A stretch of DNA of 64,000 nucleotides, taken from Dehalococcoidales bacterium (GTDB lineage: Bacteria; Chloroflexota; Dehalococcoidia; Dehalococcoidales; UBA5760). A program made the translations under genes and the position numbers. The DNA is taken from positions 3,035 through 67,034 of the forward strand of contig DAOULZ010000012.1 in NCBI GenBank assembly GCA_034414575.1, in the 5' to 3' direction. The notes below the pieces were generated by a model. The model did no database searches, had not been told where the DNA came from, and was given only the letters and a program-made list of their open reading frames with translations. The first letter of the stretch is position 1; every line of letters begins with the position of its first letter. Shown here in pieces: positions 37,176-47,447 of the stretch.

Positions 37176-39605
37176 GTGGCTAATCTGAGTAAAGAGAAGG
37201 TTTCGAGCAAAAATGATGAGCTTGATTTCCGCAAATTGGCGGACCCTGCTGCCTTTGAATCGCGGGAAGAGGGAGGCAAGGTGCCGCAATTAGAGCTTGA
37301 TTCAAAGCTAAAGGACCAGATTTGTGATAACCTTCGCAAGCAGGGATATGAAGTAACCGAGGAAGCTAGACTTGTCGGTAAATCAGGGGTCGAGCATACC
37401 TTCGATATTCTGGTGCAAAGGGACGATGGTTTCATCAGCTACACCATGGCAATTTGCACTACCGCTGGAGGTGATAGAGAGGCAGAGGTAAAAACTATTT
37501 TCAACTTCGCCAACAAGGCCTATGATTGCGGTATTATTGACCGGGTGCTTATTGCTGTCCCAGAGGTTAGTCCTGAGGCAAAGCAGCTGGCTAATAAACA
37601 GCGGATAAAGGTTATTGAAGCCGACAAGATGGTAACCGTGCTTGGCTCAAAGCCGGTACCGCAGGTTAAACCTGAGGAGCCACTTGGGTTTGAGACACGG
37701 GAGCAACTGGTGAAATCTTTGCTGAATCTCGGCTACAGGGTTGAGGAAAAAGCTAAGGTTCAGAGCCGATCTGGGGTTGAGTATAACTTTGATATACTGG
37801 CCCATATTGGTGAGGGCAGTGCTGCTCACAGCCTGGGGATAGACTTTTTGAGCGGGGAGAAGGAAGTAGATCTGGAGCAGGTATCGCTGTTTGATACTAA
37901 GGCCTATGAGGTTGGTATTGATGATAAAGTTATTGTTGTCTCACCAGTGCTTAGCCCGGAAGCAAAGCAATTCACCCAGCATCAGCGAATAAGGGTTTTT
38001 GAGCTGGGAACAAGCCCAACCTCTAAGGATTCAACTGATAAGGAGACACCTTCACCGTTAACATTGGCGGCAACAAAGCCAGATTCTGCTAAGGGTAAGA
38101 CCAAACAGCTACGGCAGATGGTTCAGCCCGAGGCGTTACAACTGATACCTGAGGTGATGGCAAGAAGGTATAATGCCGTACCGCTGACTCTCTCAGGTAG
38201 CACGTTAAAAGTAGCCATGGCCGATCCGACTGATATCTTTGCTCTGGAGGCTTTTTCAGCCCTGAGTAAAAAGCGGATTCAACCGGTAGGTGCCGATCCT
38301 AGAGAAGTCAGGGAGGCTATTGACTTTAACTACAAGGGGCATAGCGAGATTGAAAAGCAGATCGCTCATATCTCTATTCCGGCTGATGCCCTTGATGAGA
38401 GGCTGGCAATTGATGCGGCTATTGATGCCCCCCTGGCTCAGGCTCTCAACCTTATTATTGAGGAGGCAGTTCGGGCTCACTCGTCCGATATTCACATTGA
38501 GCCCGAAGAGGACAGGGTAAGAGTACGTTACCGCATTGATGGTACCCTTCAGGATATGATGTCTCTACCTCTGACAGTACATCGAGCCATTATTTCTCGA
38601 ATTAAGATTTTGGCTGATATGAATATTGCTGACCATCATCGTCCTCAGGATGGGCAGTTTTCTACTCAAGCCAAGGGGCGGGAGATAGATGTTCGTGTCG
38701 CTACCGGGCCTACTGTCTGCGGCGAGATGGCGGTACTGCGGCTCCTCGACAAAGCTCGGGCTACTTTGGGGTTATCAGAGCTTGGTTTCTTGGTGGATAG
38801 CCAGGAAAAATATGAAAGTTTGCTCAAGGTGCCCTATGGCATGATCTTAATTAGTGGTCCTACCGGGGCTGGTAAGACTACTACCTTATATGCTTCCATC
38901 AATTCCCTTGATACCATGGGACGGAACATAATTACTATTGAGGACCCGGCTGAGTATCGGTTTAAGGATATTAATCAGATTCAGGTTAATCCTCAGGCTG
39001 GTATTACCTTTGCCCGAGGACTGCGGTCGATACTCCGTCTTGACCCCGATGTCATAATGGTCGGCGAAATACGTGATACTGAGACGACTCAAATAGCGGT
39101 TCAATCAGCTCTGACGGGGCATCTTATGCTCTCCTCTATTCATGCTAGTGATGCGGCTGGTGTGCTCACCCGTCTCATTGACCTCGGGGTGGAACCCTTC
39201 TTAATCGCTTCGTCTGTTATTGGTGTTGTCGCTCAGCGGATGGTACGTCGCATCTGTCCTGATTGCAGTCACCTAATTGAGGCGCCCCTGGTGGAAAGAC
39301 TGGCTTATCAAAGAGAGCTGGGGGAGGAGAAGACCGAATTTCTGTATGGCACCGGTTGTGCCACCTGTGCTTATACCGGTTATCTGGGCCGAACCGGAAT
39401 CTTTGAGATTCTGTTGATGAGTGATAGTGTCCGAGCTCTGGTTACTAATCAAGCTAATAGCAGTGAGATTCGAGCTAAGGCGCTTGAGGAAGGGATGAGG
39501 TCTATGATGAACGATGGTATGCGCAAGGTGCAAGCCGGTATTACTACTCCGTCTGAAGTACTGCGTAGCGCTTACTCCCCTGACCTTAATGTAGACTTAG
39601 CATAG
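37176..39605 (+). CDS. pilB: type IV pilus extension ATPase (GspE/PilB family) with an unusual duplicated N-terminal domain
   Basis: T2SSE_N domain (LKVAMADPTD), Walker A GPTGAGKTTT, Asp/His boxes and a tetracysteine motif (CPDC...CATC). Residues ~43-150 and ~172-277 are two copies of a degenerate nuclease-like domain. Confidence 0.92.
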   Translation: MANLSKEKVSSKNDELDFRKLADPAAFESREEGGKVPQLELDSKLKDQICDNLRKQGYEVTEEARLVGKSGVEHTFDILVQRDDGFISYTMAICTTAGGDREAEVKTIFNFANKAYDCGIIDRVLIAVPEVSPEAKQLANKQRIKVIEADKMVTVLGSKPVPQVKPEEPLGFETREQLVKSLLNLGYRVEEKAKVQSRSGVEYNFDILAHIGEGSAAHSLGIDFLSGEKEVDLEQVSLFDTKAYEVGIDDKVIVVSPVLSPEAKQFTQHQRIRVFELGTSPTSKDSTDKETPSPLTLAATKPDSAKGKTKQLRQMVQPEALQLIPEVMARRYNAVPLTLSGSTLKVAMADPTDIFALEAFSALSKKRIQPVGADPREVREAIDFNYKGHSEIEKQIAHISIPADALDERLAIDAAIDAPLAQALNLIIEEAVRAHSSDIHIEPEEDRVRVRYRIDGTLQDMMSLPLTVHRAIISRIKILADMNIADHHRPQDGQFSTQAKGREIDVRVATGPTVCGEMAVLRLLDKARATLGLSELGFLVDSQEKYESLLKVPYGMILISGPTGAGKTTTLYASINSLDTMGRNIITIEDPAEYRFKDINQIQVNPQAGITFARGLRSILRLDPDVIMVGEIRDTETTQIAVQSALTGHLMLSSIHASDAAGVLTRLIDLGVEPFLIASSVIGVVAQRMVRRICPDCSHLIEAPLVERLAYQRELGEEKTEFLYGTGCATCAYTGYLGRTGIFEILLMSDSVRALVTNQANSSEIRAKALEEGMRSMMNDGMRKVQAGITTPSEVLRSAYSPDLNVDLA

Positions 39606-39614
39606 AGGTGGAAT

Positions 39615-40823
39615 ATGGAATATTCTTATGTGGCTTACACAAAAGATAGAAGATTGGTGAAGGGTAAGCTCTCAGCGGCCAACCAAGAGGCGGCAGCTGG
39701 CCTGTTAAGCTACGGTGGCTACCAGGTGCTTAGCCTCAAGCAGGTGGTTCCCTTCTTTGATACGGAAAAACTGGGCATCCGCTTCTCCCGGGTAAAGCCG
39801 ACGGAAATAGTAATGTTCTCCCGCCAGTTGGCTTTGCTGCTTGAAGCCGGCACCGATATTGTTACCTCTTTAGAGTTATTGCAAAACCAGACAACCAACC
39901 ACACCCTGCAGAGGGTGATTGGTGAGGTGGTTGCTGACATTCGTGGTGGTAGCTCGCTATCAGTAGCACTAAGTAAGCACCCTCGGGCTTTCTCAGAATT
40001 GTATCACCGGGCAATATCGGCTGGTGAGCAGGGTGGTAATCTGGAAGAGACGCTGAGGCAGATGGCAAATCATATCGAGAGAGCTACCGTGACTCAAAAG
40101 AAGATAAGCGGGGCGCTACGCTATCCCATCATTGTTTTTGTGGTCGCGATTCTAGTGGTCGGGGTGCTGGTTACCTTTGTGCTGCCTCGTTTTACTGCCC
40201 TGTACGCTGCGTTTGGCACTGACTTGCCAACGCTACCGAGGATGCTTATGGGAATTACCGATTGGTTTGGGCATTACGGCCTCTGGCTGGTGTTGGGGAT
40301 AGTCGCCGCCATCGGCATAACCTTTGTTTATATCAAAACTCCGGCTGGCAAGACCTGGTGGCATAGAACGCTACTCAATCTGCCGGTGTTTGGGCGTATT
40401 AACCTCCTTAATCAGCTTTCCCGCGCTTGTCGCACCATAGCGCTACTATTTAAGGTCGGTGTGCCGTTACCGGAGATTATGGCGGTAGCTATTTATGGCA
40501 CCACCAATAATATTGTGGCTCAGAATCTGACTGAGGTGCAGCAGGAGTTACTCAAGGGTGAGGGCTTGTCTCGTCCTATGGCCCGGCGGAAGCTGTTTCT
40601 ACCCCTGATGGTGCAGATGGTCGGGGTCGGTGAGGAAACCGGTAACCTTGATAAAACGCTAACTACGGTGGCGCAGGCCTATGAGGCTGAGGCTGAGGAC
40701 AAGACCAGTTCTGCGGTAGCCATGATTCAGCCAGCGATGACCTTAGTTATCGGTGGCATTGTTGCCTTTATTGCGATTGCTCTGGTGCAATCCATGTATT
40801 CTGTATATGGAGCATTCGGTTAA
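39615..40823 (+). CDS. pilC: type IV pilus platform protein (GspF/PilC family)
   Basis: 402 aa with two GspF repeats and three TM segments, immediately after pilB. Confidence 0.92.
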   Translation: MEYSYVAYTKDRRLVKGKLSAANQEAAAGLLSYGGYQVLSLKQVVPFFDTEKLGIRFSRVKPTEIVMFSRQLALLLEAGTDIVTSLELLQNQTTNHTLQRVIGEVVADIRGGSSLSVALSKHPRAFSELYHRAISAGEQGGNLEETLRQMANHIERATVTQKKISGALRYPIIVFVVAILVVGVLVTFVLPRFTALYAAFGTDLPTLPRMLMGITDWFGHYGLWLVLGIVAAIGITFVYIKTPAGKTWWHRTLLNLPVFGRINLLNQLSRACRTIALLFKVGVPLPEIMAVAIYGTTNNIVAQNLTEVQQELLKGEGLSRPMARRKLFLPLMVQMVGVGEETGNLDKTLTTVAQAYEAEAEDKTSSAVAMIQPAMTLVIGGIVAFIAIALVQSMYSVYGAFG

Positions 40824-40842
40824 TAGTGGGGACTGAGGCTTG

Positions 40843-41226
40843 ATGAAAAGAGAAAGGGGTTTTTCATTCATTGAGGTGGTAATTGCCCTGGCGGTGCTGG
40901 GGATAATTGCGGTTGGTTTCCTTAGTGGTTTGGGTACTGCCTCTAAGGGGCTGCTTATTGCTAATGAGCGGGAGACGGCTAATAACCTTGCCGAAGCTCA
41001 GATAGAGAATGTCAAAAAGCAAGCTTACGATAGCACCAATAATCCACCGCAATATTCCCTGATGCCTGGCATTCCCGGTAACTTTAGCATAGACCAGCCT
41101 TTAGCAGAGAGGCTGGACCCGGATCTTGATGGTTTCGATGATGATGATGGCATTCAAAAGATAACGGTAACCGTTAGGCACGGTAGTAAAGAAGTATTAA
41201 CACTGGAAGACTATAAGGTGAACTAA
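40843..41226 (+). CDS. prepilin-type N-terminal cleavage/methylation domain protein (minor pilin)
   Basis: MKRERG|FSFIEVVIALAVLGII class III signal peptide. Confidence 0.85.
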   Translation: MKRERGFSFIEVVIALAVLGIIAVGFLSGLGTASKGLLIANERETANNLAEAQIENVKKQAYDSTNNPPQYSLMPGIPGNFSIDQPLAERLDPDLDGFDDDDGIQKITVTVRHGSKEVLTLEDYKVN

Positions 41227-41227
41227 A

Positions 41228-41758
41228 ATGTGGCGTAAATTTGGCCTGATAAATAGGAACCAGAGAGGGTTCACGATGATAGAGATGATCGTGGCCATCG
41301 CCATTAGCAGTGCTATCGGCGGTGGTATACTCTTGGGCATTTATCAGACCAGCAGTTATCAAGCTATGGACAAGGCTCGCATGAATTGCGTTAAGAATTT
41401 GGAGAACGCCATCCATTATGTAGTTCAGGATGCCCAGATGGCTCAGAAGATTGAGCCAGCCGCAGCCCCGGACCCAGATGGTTTCGACCTAACCCTGACT
41501 TGGGTAGAGTGGGACAATACTCAGAATGTGGTTACATATAGCATTGTGAGTAACGAATTAAAACGTAGTCATTCTATCAATGGTGGAGACCCCAAAGAGA
41601 ATATATTAGCTCGCTATATAAACTCTGACCCGGCTGAGACTAATTGCAGGTATACCGGCGGCGTGCTCAGTCTGAAACTTACGGCAACTATAATTGGGTT
41701 TCCTAAAGAGATAAGTGAGACCAGGGATGTTGAAATCATACCGAGGCCTGATTGGTAA
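41228..41758 (+). CDS. prepilin-type N-terminal cleavage/methylation domain protein (minor pilin)
   Basis: NQRG|FTMIEMIVAIAISS class III signal peptide. Confidence 0.85.
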   Translation: MWRKFGLINRNQRGFTMIEMIVAIAISSAIGGGILLGIYQTSSYQAMDKARMNCVKNLENAIHYVVQDAQMAQKIEPAAAPDPDGFDLTLTWVEWDNTQNVVTYSIVSNELKRSHSINGGDPKENILARYINSDPAETNCRYTGGVLSLKLTATIIGFPKEISETRDVEIIPRPDW

Positions 41759-41771
41759 GGGGAGGTGTAGT

Positions 41772-43439
41772 ATGATGGGTAGAATGATAAAGACAATACG
41801 ACATAAAATGGAAGGCAGACAGCGGGGCTATGTGTATATTCTGGTATTGGTCTTCTTATTGATAGGAGCGCTTATGATTCCACCCCTCCTGGAATTTATG
41901 GGTACCGGGATATGGTCAGGCCCCATATTTGAGCAGAAGACAGATGAAATATACGCCTGTGATGCCGGTATTGACGATGCTATCTGGCAGATTAAATATG
42001 AGAACATGTCCACCATGTTTTCTGACTACGATGAATATGACTATGACGCGGTCTGGTCCTATCCGCTTGCTGAAAATATAAACGATGAAGGCGTGGACGT
42101 TACCATCCAGAATGTCTGGGTGCCACAGAATATTTCACCTCTCGACAAAGAGGACATGAGGGATATCATTGAGGGTACCGACGAGGCTGGTTGCCGGATT
42201 AGGGTGAACGGCAGCGCCACCGCTTCCTCGGAGTACCGGATCAGGATAGATATTATCCCAGAGGAGCCGTGGGACTTGAGAGTAGAGTCGATCGGTATCT
42301 GGCTGCCTTCAGGCTTTAGCTACGTTGACGATTCAAGCAATCTTGAAGACTCGATGGAGCCCTATTATTCAGACCCTGACGTCTATGCCTATGCCGGGGG
42401 AGAGGCGGTTATTTGGAGCTTTGGTCTGCTCGAATTTGACCAGTTGCCGCCGGACGGGTCTCAGGAAAGTGCCATCGTCGAATTCAAGTATACCTCGGAG
42501 ACAGCACGGGAGCTGGTGACGGTCTCATGGATTGATACGAAAAACGTGGGGCCGGCGGGGATGCAAATCCCCTTCTCCTGGGATGATGATACCAAGGTCT
42601 TTGACATTACCTCATCGAGCTCTGGTGGGACCACTATTGAGTCCAACGTCTATCTGAACGCCAGCTACTCATCATTCCTTGAGAACGCCATTACTACGCC
42701 GGGAGAGGTTGATTGTTCGCCGAATACGACTGTGAATGGAATTATAGAGTGTCCTCCAGATGGATTTGATGAGCCGTCCGATGGCGATTGGGAATACCAA
42801 GAGTATGATGAGGACTGGCCCGATACCGAGCAGTGGCGCCAGTTCTTTGAGAATGATGCCGCTGGGGCTCCTGACCCTGGTTCGCCTGTTGATCTCAAAG
42901 ATTACGATGACGACGATGACCATATCGGACCATGGTATCGACCGGATGATTTAGATATCAAGAATACTCAAGATAACTTGGATACCATGATACTCTACGG
43001 AACTATTTATGTCGGTGATGGGGCCGGGGGTGATGACTGTGACCTTACTTTTCTGCAGCCCGGGGCTCCGAAGGCTTACACCATTGACCTTAACTATAAT
43101 ACCATCTTTGCTGAGGGGGAGATAGATTTCCCCTCCGACAAGATCACGCTCACCGGGTCGGGGTGTATTATTGCTGTTGGGGACGTCTTTTTCCACCCGA
43201 ATATAGAAGCGGACGAAAATGATTTCATTTTCGTGTGTTCCCTAGAGGGCACGGTAACCTTCAATCCGGGGGGCATCTTCTACGGGTCTGTCGCCGGGCA
43301 GGAAGTAGTTGGCATGCAGCCCGGTACCACCATTACCTGGACGCCGCCGCCAGGTGGGCTGAACCTGCCGGGGATGGGGGGAAGTGGCACCGGTGGTTTC
43401 GGCAGCAACATATCAAAATATACCTGGAAGATTGAATAG
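41772..43439 (+). CDS. large acidic PilX-N-like pilus-associated protein
   Basis: Start at the ATG after GGGGAGGTG. The N-terminal RQRGYVYILVLVFLLIGALM resembles PilX_N anchors but has no Glu5. The body is long and D/E-rich, with a Gly-rich C-terminus. Confidence 0.6.
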   Translation: MMGRMIKTIRHKMEGRQRGYVYILVLVFLLIGALMIPPLLEFMGTGIWSGPIFEQKTDEIYACDAGIDDAIWQIKYENMSTMFSDYDEYDYDAVWSYPLAENINDEGVDVTIQNVWVPQNISPLDKEDMRDIIEGTDEAGCRIRVNGSATASSEYRIRIDIIPEEPWDLRVESIGIWLPSGFSYVDDSSNLEDSMEPYYSDPDVYAYAGGEAVIWSFGLLEFDQLPPDGSQESAIVEFKYTSETARELVTVSWIDTKNVGPAGMQIPFSWDDDTKVFDITSSSSGGTTIESNVYLNASYSSFLENAITTPGEVDCSPNTTVNGIIECPPDGFDEPSDGDWEYQEYDEDWPDTEQWRQFFENDAAGAPDPGSPVDLKDYDDDDDHIGPWYRPDDLDIKNTQDNLDTMILYGTIYVGDGAGGDDCDLTFLQPGAPKAYTIDLNYNTIFAEGEIDFPSDKITLTGSGCIIAVGDVFFHPNIEADENDFIFVCSLEGTVTFNPGGIFYGSVAGQEVVGMQPGTTITWTPPPGGLNLPGMGGSGTGGFGSNISKYTWKIE

Positions 43440-43448
43440 GGGAGACTT

Positions 43449-44090
43449 ATGAAATTTGGTAAGACAGCTCAGTTAGTTCTGGCAATTGGTATTTTCGCGA
43501 TTGCGATTATCTTTCTCTACCGCATGAATGCCGCGCGAGCGAGCGAGTACGAGCAGCTCAATACCCAGCTAGCTGCGGCCCAGGCTCTTCTGCCTGAGAT
43601 CGCTGCCGAAAGCGAGGAGCTGGAAAGCCGTCTTAGCCAGCTACAGGTTGAGCTGACTCAGGCTAAGGCCTCGCTTAGCCAGGGTAAGGCAGGGTTCCCC
43701 GATTCAATAGATAGCATTAGATACGACGAGCTATTCTTCCAGATGGCTAGTGACCGTGACCTGGAGATGATGAGCCTAGACACTTCAGAGCCAGCCGAGC
43801 AAAAAGCGGGGGAGGAAGTTACTTTTACTGTTACCACTTTTGATATGCAAGTGAAAGGTTTGGTGGCTGATATCCTTGATTTCGTTAACGGCATAGCCAT
43901 CGGTGATGACTTTACCACGGCTACCGTGGAGCTGGTGTCTATCACAGTTCCAGAGCCGCTAACTGCTTACGAGGAAGAGCATGGGTTAGGTGGTCAAGAG
44001 ACAGAGGAGGAAGGGGAAGAGGAGGAAGGGGAAACAGGAGCACCGTTAGCTACGATAAGAGTGGATATCTATAGTTATCGAGGGGAGTAG
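43449..44090 (+). CDS. PilO-like pilus assembly protein (TM plus coiled coil) with poly-Glu tail
   Basis: N-terminal TM helix, then a coiled coil (EYEQLNTQLAAAQ...LQVELTQAKASL). Its position between the minor pilins and pilM fits. The C-terminus is EEEGEEEEGE. Confidence 0.55.
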   Translation: MKFGKTAQLVLAIGIFAIAIIFLYRMNAARASEYEQLNTQLAAAQALLPEIAAESEELESRLSQLQVELTQAKASLSQGKAGFPDSIDSIRYDELFFQMASDRDLEMMSLDTSEPAEQKAGEEVTFTVTTFDMQVKGLVADILDFVNGIAIGDDFTTATVELVSITVPEPLTAYEEEHGLGGQETEEEGEEEEGETGAPLATIRVDIYSYRGE

Positions 44091-44093
44091 AAT

Positions 44094-45608
44094 ATGTCCG
44101 AAGTCACTCTATTTATTGAAGATAGTGCTATCAAGCTGCTGGTGGCGAGAGGCCAGCGGGTGGAAAAGTGGGCCAAACTACCGCTGGAGCCAGGGCTGGT
44201 TAGCGACGGCTTAATCCTTGATGAAACTCAGGTAGCCGACCGGATCCGAGAGCTCTTTAATCTGCAGAAGGTGGGGGCTAGAACCGCTGTCGCTGCTTTG
44301 AGCGGATTCAATTCGGTATATCGCTTGATTTCGCTGCCTGAACTACCGTCCACAATTCTTGCTGAAGCGGTAGAGCAGGAGGCAGCTCGGGTGGTACCCG
44401 TGCCCATGGATCAGGTCTATCTCTCGTACCAGCTTATGCCCGCCCCGGCTGGGGAGACACTGATTTTCCTGGCTGCTTTTCCGCGAAGCAATACCGATGC
44501 TTTGCTCCGGACTCTGAAGAAGGCGGGGCTTAGGGTAGATGTTGTGGATTTAGCTCCTTTGGCTTTGTGTCGCACCGTTGATGCGCCGGAAGCGATAGTT
44601 GTCAATGCTAGTTCGGCTAGTCTTGATATTGCCATTATGGTGGAAAGGGTACCCCAGGTAATTCGCAGTCTTTCTCTTCCTGGTGAGGCGCAGTCGCTAT
44701 CGGAGCGGCTTACACCTATTGTTGAAGAGATTAATCGCACTATTGCCTTCTATAATTCTAGTCATCGGGATAAGCCGATAGAAGCGACGGTACCTATATT
44801 TGTCTCTGGTGAACTGGCTCAAGCTCCAGATACCTGGCAGTTGCTTAGTGGTACGGTAGGCTATCCTGTTTCGGCCTTGCCATCACCGATGGAACCACTT
44901 GAGGGTTTTGACCCCAGCCAGTTTATGGTTAATATTGGGCTGGTTCTCAAGCAGCTACCTTTGGAGAAGGTGGGAACTAACCTATCGATAGTAAACTTCA
45001 ATGCTCTGCCGCAGGCTGAAAAGCCCAAGAAGAAGGTATCTCCAGTTAGCATTCTTCTGCCCATTATTATTGTCCTGGGCTGCGGTGGGGTCTTCTATAT
45101 GTATAACCTTGGCCGGAATGCTGAGGCTCGTAATGAACTTTTGCGTTCCCATCTGGAGTTTACCCAGAGCCAAATTCCTGAGCAACAGGAGCTAAAGACT
45201 TCTCTTGAGGAGCAGCTTGCCGAGATAGAACCCCAGATTGAGCCCATAAAGACTGAGGCCGATACCTTTGATGCTACGTTCACTACTTTGGAAGAGGGGC
45301 GTAACCAGATGGACCTGGATGTGACTCGGATTTCGAATCTGACACCGGAAGATGTAGCCCTAGTTTATGCCAGTAGTGACGAGATAACGGGATATGCCTC
45401 ACCGATATCTCAAGCTAGCATTGATCATAGCGGTAGCACGGCAACGGTGATCGGTAGGAGCCAGGACATAGATGCAATCTTTCAGTATGCTAAAGACTTA
45501 AGGGCTAGCGGTGGATTCTCCGAGGTTATTATTTCGTCAATAGAGGCCTACGAATCTGAAGACGGAGCAATTAAGGGATATAACTTTAAGTTTATCCTTA
45601 CTAAGTAG
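44094..45608 (+). CDS. PilM-PilN fusion protein (actin-like ATPase domain + TM + coiled coil)
   Basis: The N-terminal ~320 aa have the PilM pattern. They are followed by the TM helix VSILLPIIIVLGCGGVFYMY, a PilN-like coiled coil and a periplasmic-type domain. Confidence 0.7.
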   Translation: MSEVTLFIEDSAIKLLVARGQRVEKWAKLPLEPGLVSDGLILDETQVADRIRELFNLQKVGARTAVAALSGFNSVYRLISLPELPSTILAEAVEQEAARVVPVPMDQVYLSYQLMPAPAGETLIFLAAFPRSNTDALLRTLKKAGLRVDVVDLAPLALCRTVDAPEAIVVNASSASLDIAIMVERVPQVIRSLSLPGEAQSLSERLTPIVEEINRTIAFYNSSHRDKPIEATVPIFVSGELAQAPDTWQLLSGTVGYPVSALPSPMEPLEGFDPSQFMVNIGLVLKQLPLEKVGTNLSIVNFNALPQAEKPKKKVSPVSILLPIIIVLGCGGVFYMYNLGRNAEARNELLRSHLEFTQSQIPEQQELKTSLEEQLAEIEPQIEPIKTEADTFDATFTTLEEGRNQMDLDVTRISNLTPEDVALVYASSDEITGYASPISQASIDHSGSTATVIGRSQDIDAIFQYAKDLRASGGFSEVIISSIEAYESEDGAIKGYNFKFILTK

Positions 45609-45621
45609 AGGGGGTGAGAGT

Positions 45622-46722
45622 ATGGATATTTTTTCTTTGCTTCATACAGCGGCATCAAAGGGGGCGTCAGACTTGCATTTGGTTGTTTCCAGCCCTCCCT
45701 TGTTACGCGTCAATGGTGCGCTTGAGCCAGTAGACGGTACCAAGCCGCTAACTGCCAACGAGATAAACCAGGCTTTTCTTCAGATAACTACCCCTGAGCA
45801 AAGAGAAAGCTTTCACCACCATCTGGAGCTTGATTTCAACTATACCCTGGCTGATGTTGGGCAGCTTCGTTGCAACGCCGCTCAGCAGCGGGGGGCTATC
45901 AGCCTTGCGGTGCGTTTGTTGCCGGCAAAAGTTCCTACCATAGATGACCTTGAGCTGCCAGCAATATATAAGGAGCTTTCCCTGAAGCAGAGGGGGCTGA
46001 TAATAGTTACCGGGCCTACTGGCAGTGGTAAATCAACCTCTCAGGCGGCTATGATTCAGCACTTGAATGAAAATGAAAGTCGTCATGTGGTTACTATTGA
46101 GGATCCCATTGAATACATCCATCCCAGTGTTAAGTGTGCCATAACACAGCGCCAACTAGGTAGTGATACCCTGTCCTTTGCTGAGGCGCTAAGGCGTGTC
46201 CTGAGACAAGACCCAGATGTGATTCTGGTGGGCGAGATGAGAGACTTGGACACAGCGGCTGCGGTGCTTTCTATCGCTGAGACCGGGCATTTGATACTGA
46301 CCACCGGTCATGCTCCCAGTGCCAGCCAGGCAGTAGAGAGGGTCATAGACCTGTTTCCACCTCATGAGCGTCCTTTAGCCCAAGCGCGGCTGGCGTCTCT
46401 CTTGATAGCGGTGCTTTTTCAGACGCTTGTTCCCCGGGCTGACGGCTCAGGGAGGATAGCCGCTATCGAGATCCTGCTGGCTAATGCCGCGGCCAAAAAC
46501 CTAATTCGTGAAGGCAAAACCTATCAATTACCCAATGTAATCCGCACTCAGCGGGAGCTCGGCATGATTTCGCTTGACGAGGCTCTGGTTAGCCTGTATC
46601 TTAAGCGAATCATCAGCGGTGAGAGCCTGCTTACTTTCTGTAGCGACCATAAGGAAGTGGAAAAGCTTGTTGGTGGGGTGGTAGGCAGGGGTAAAGAAAT
46701 CCACGTAGAAAGCTTAAGCTAG
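45622..46722 (+). CDS. pilT: type IV pilus retraction ATPase (twitching motility protein)
   Basis: 366 aa with ASDLHL at the N-terminus, Walker A GPTGSGKST, and the PilT-type VGEMRD and GHL..TT.H boxes. Confidence 0.92.
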   Translation: MDIFSLLHTAASKGASDLHLVVSSPPLLRVNGALEPVDGTKPLTANEINQAFLQITTPEQRESFHHHLELDFNYTLADVGQLRCNAAQQRGAISLAVRLLPAKVPTIDDLELPAIYKELSLKQRGLIIVTGPTGSGKSTSQAAMIQHLNENESRHVVTIEDPIEYIHPSVKCAITQRQLGSDTLSFAEALRRVLRQDPDVILVGEMRDLDTAAAVLSIAETGHLILTTGHAPSASQAVERVIDLFPPHERPLAQARLASLLIAVLFQTLVPRADGSGRIAAIEILLANAAAKNLIREGKTYQLPNVIRTQRELGMISLDEALVSLYLKRIISGESLLTFCSDHKEVEKLVGGVVGRGKEIHVESLS

Positions 46723-46750
46723 ACCCAGTCTTTACTTCAGGCCAGCCAGT

Positions 46751-46782
46751 AAAGAAAAAAAGAGGGGCATTAAGCCCCTCTT
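46751..46782 (-). terminator. rho-independent terminator (canonical on the minus strand for the pilin gene; may also stop pilT transcription)
   Basis: GC-rich hairpin AAGAGGGGC-ATTAA-GCCCCTCTT (46760-46782), followed on the minus strand by a 7-T run within TTTTTTTCTTT. Confidence 0.7.
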
Positions 46783-46950
46783 AAACTTTACCGTAAACTA
46801 ACCTCTCTGCTTCTAGAAAAATGTGTCATAAAACAGGAAAGCCCACCGGCAGGGAGGTTTTACGCTGCCGATGAGCTTCTGTTGAGCCGGCTTCACTGTT
46901 AACGACGTCTCTAAATAAAACTGCCTCTGTAACTTCTTTAGACTGAACTA

Positions 46951-47382
46951 CTAGCTGGAGGGAGTTACTTTTACGGCGCCAGTAGTCGCATCGATGTTGT
47001 ATGGTTGGGAGAGCGTATCTCCAGATTCGAAGCCGAGGATGTAGCTATCCAGAGTGACGGTATTTGTACCGTCTGTTGCGGTTACCGCGTGAACTTCGTC
47101 ATAGGTATCAACACCTGTACCGCCGGAGCAACTACTGGCATTGACGTCAGCCATCATGGCAATCACTGCTGTCTGGACATTGGCTAGCTCCGTGTCCTTG
47201 GCCTCCTGCTCACCCTCGCTCATGAACTTGGCGATGTTAGGGATGGCGACTGCGGCCAGAACACCCAGAATGGCAACCACCACGAGCAGCTCAATCAGGG
47301 TGAAACCCTTCTGCCCGCGACGGAGCTTCCTGGTAAACCTCATCTCGCCGTAGTGAAGCCTTCTCATTAATGTCTTCATCAT
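46951..47382 (-). CDS. major pilin candidate (prepilin-type N-terminal cleavage/methylation domain) with long leader
   Basis: ...RRGQKG|FTLIELLVVVAILGVLAAVAIP. The start is set at the ATG after AAGGAGGTG, giving a 27-aa leader. An internal Met would give 13 aa. Confidence 0.85.
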   Translation of the reverse strand: MMKTLMRRLHYGEMRFTRKLRRGQKGFTLIELLVVVAILGVLAAVAIPNIAKFMSEGEQEAKDTELANVQTAVIAMMADVNASSCSGGTGVDTYDEVHAVTATDGTNTVTLDSYILGFESGDTLSQPYNIDATTGAVKVTPSS

Positions 47383-47420
47383 TATTTGTTTCACCTCCTT
47401 TTCTCAGTCTATGATGAAGT

Positions 47421-47443
47421 TTAAGTAATCTTTGGTTACTTAA
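47421..47443. repeat. 8-bp perfect inverted repeat TTAAGTAA-N7-TTACTTAA in the pilin leader region
   Basis: Read directly from the sequence. It lies between the predicted -10 and the RBS of the pilin gene. Confidence 0.55.
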
Positions 47444-47447
47444 GTCC

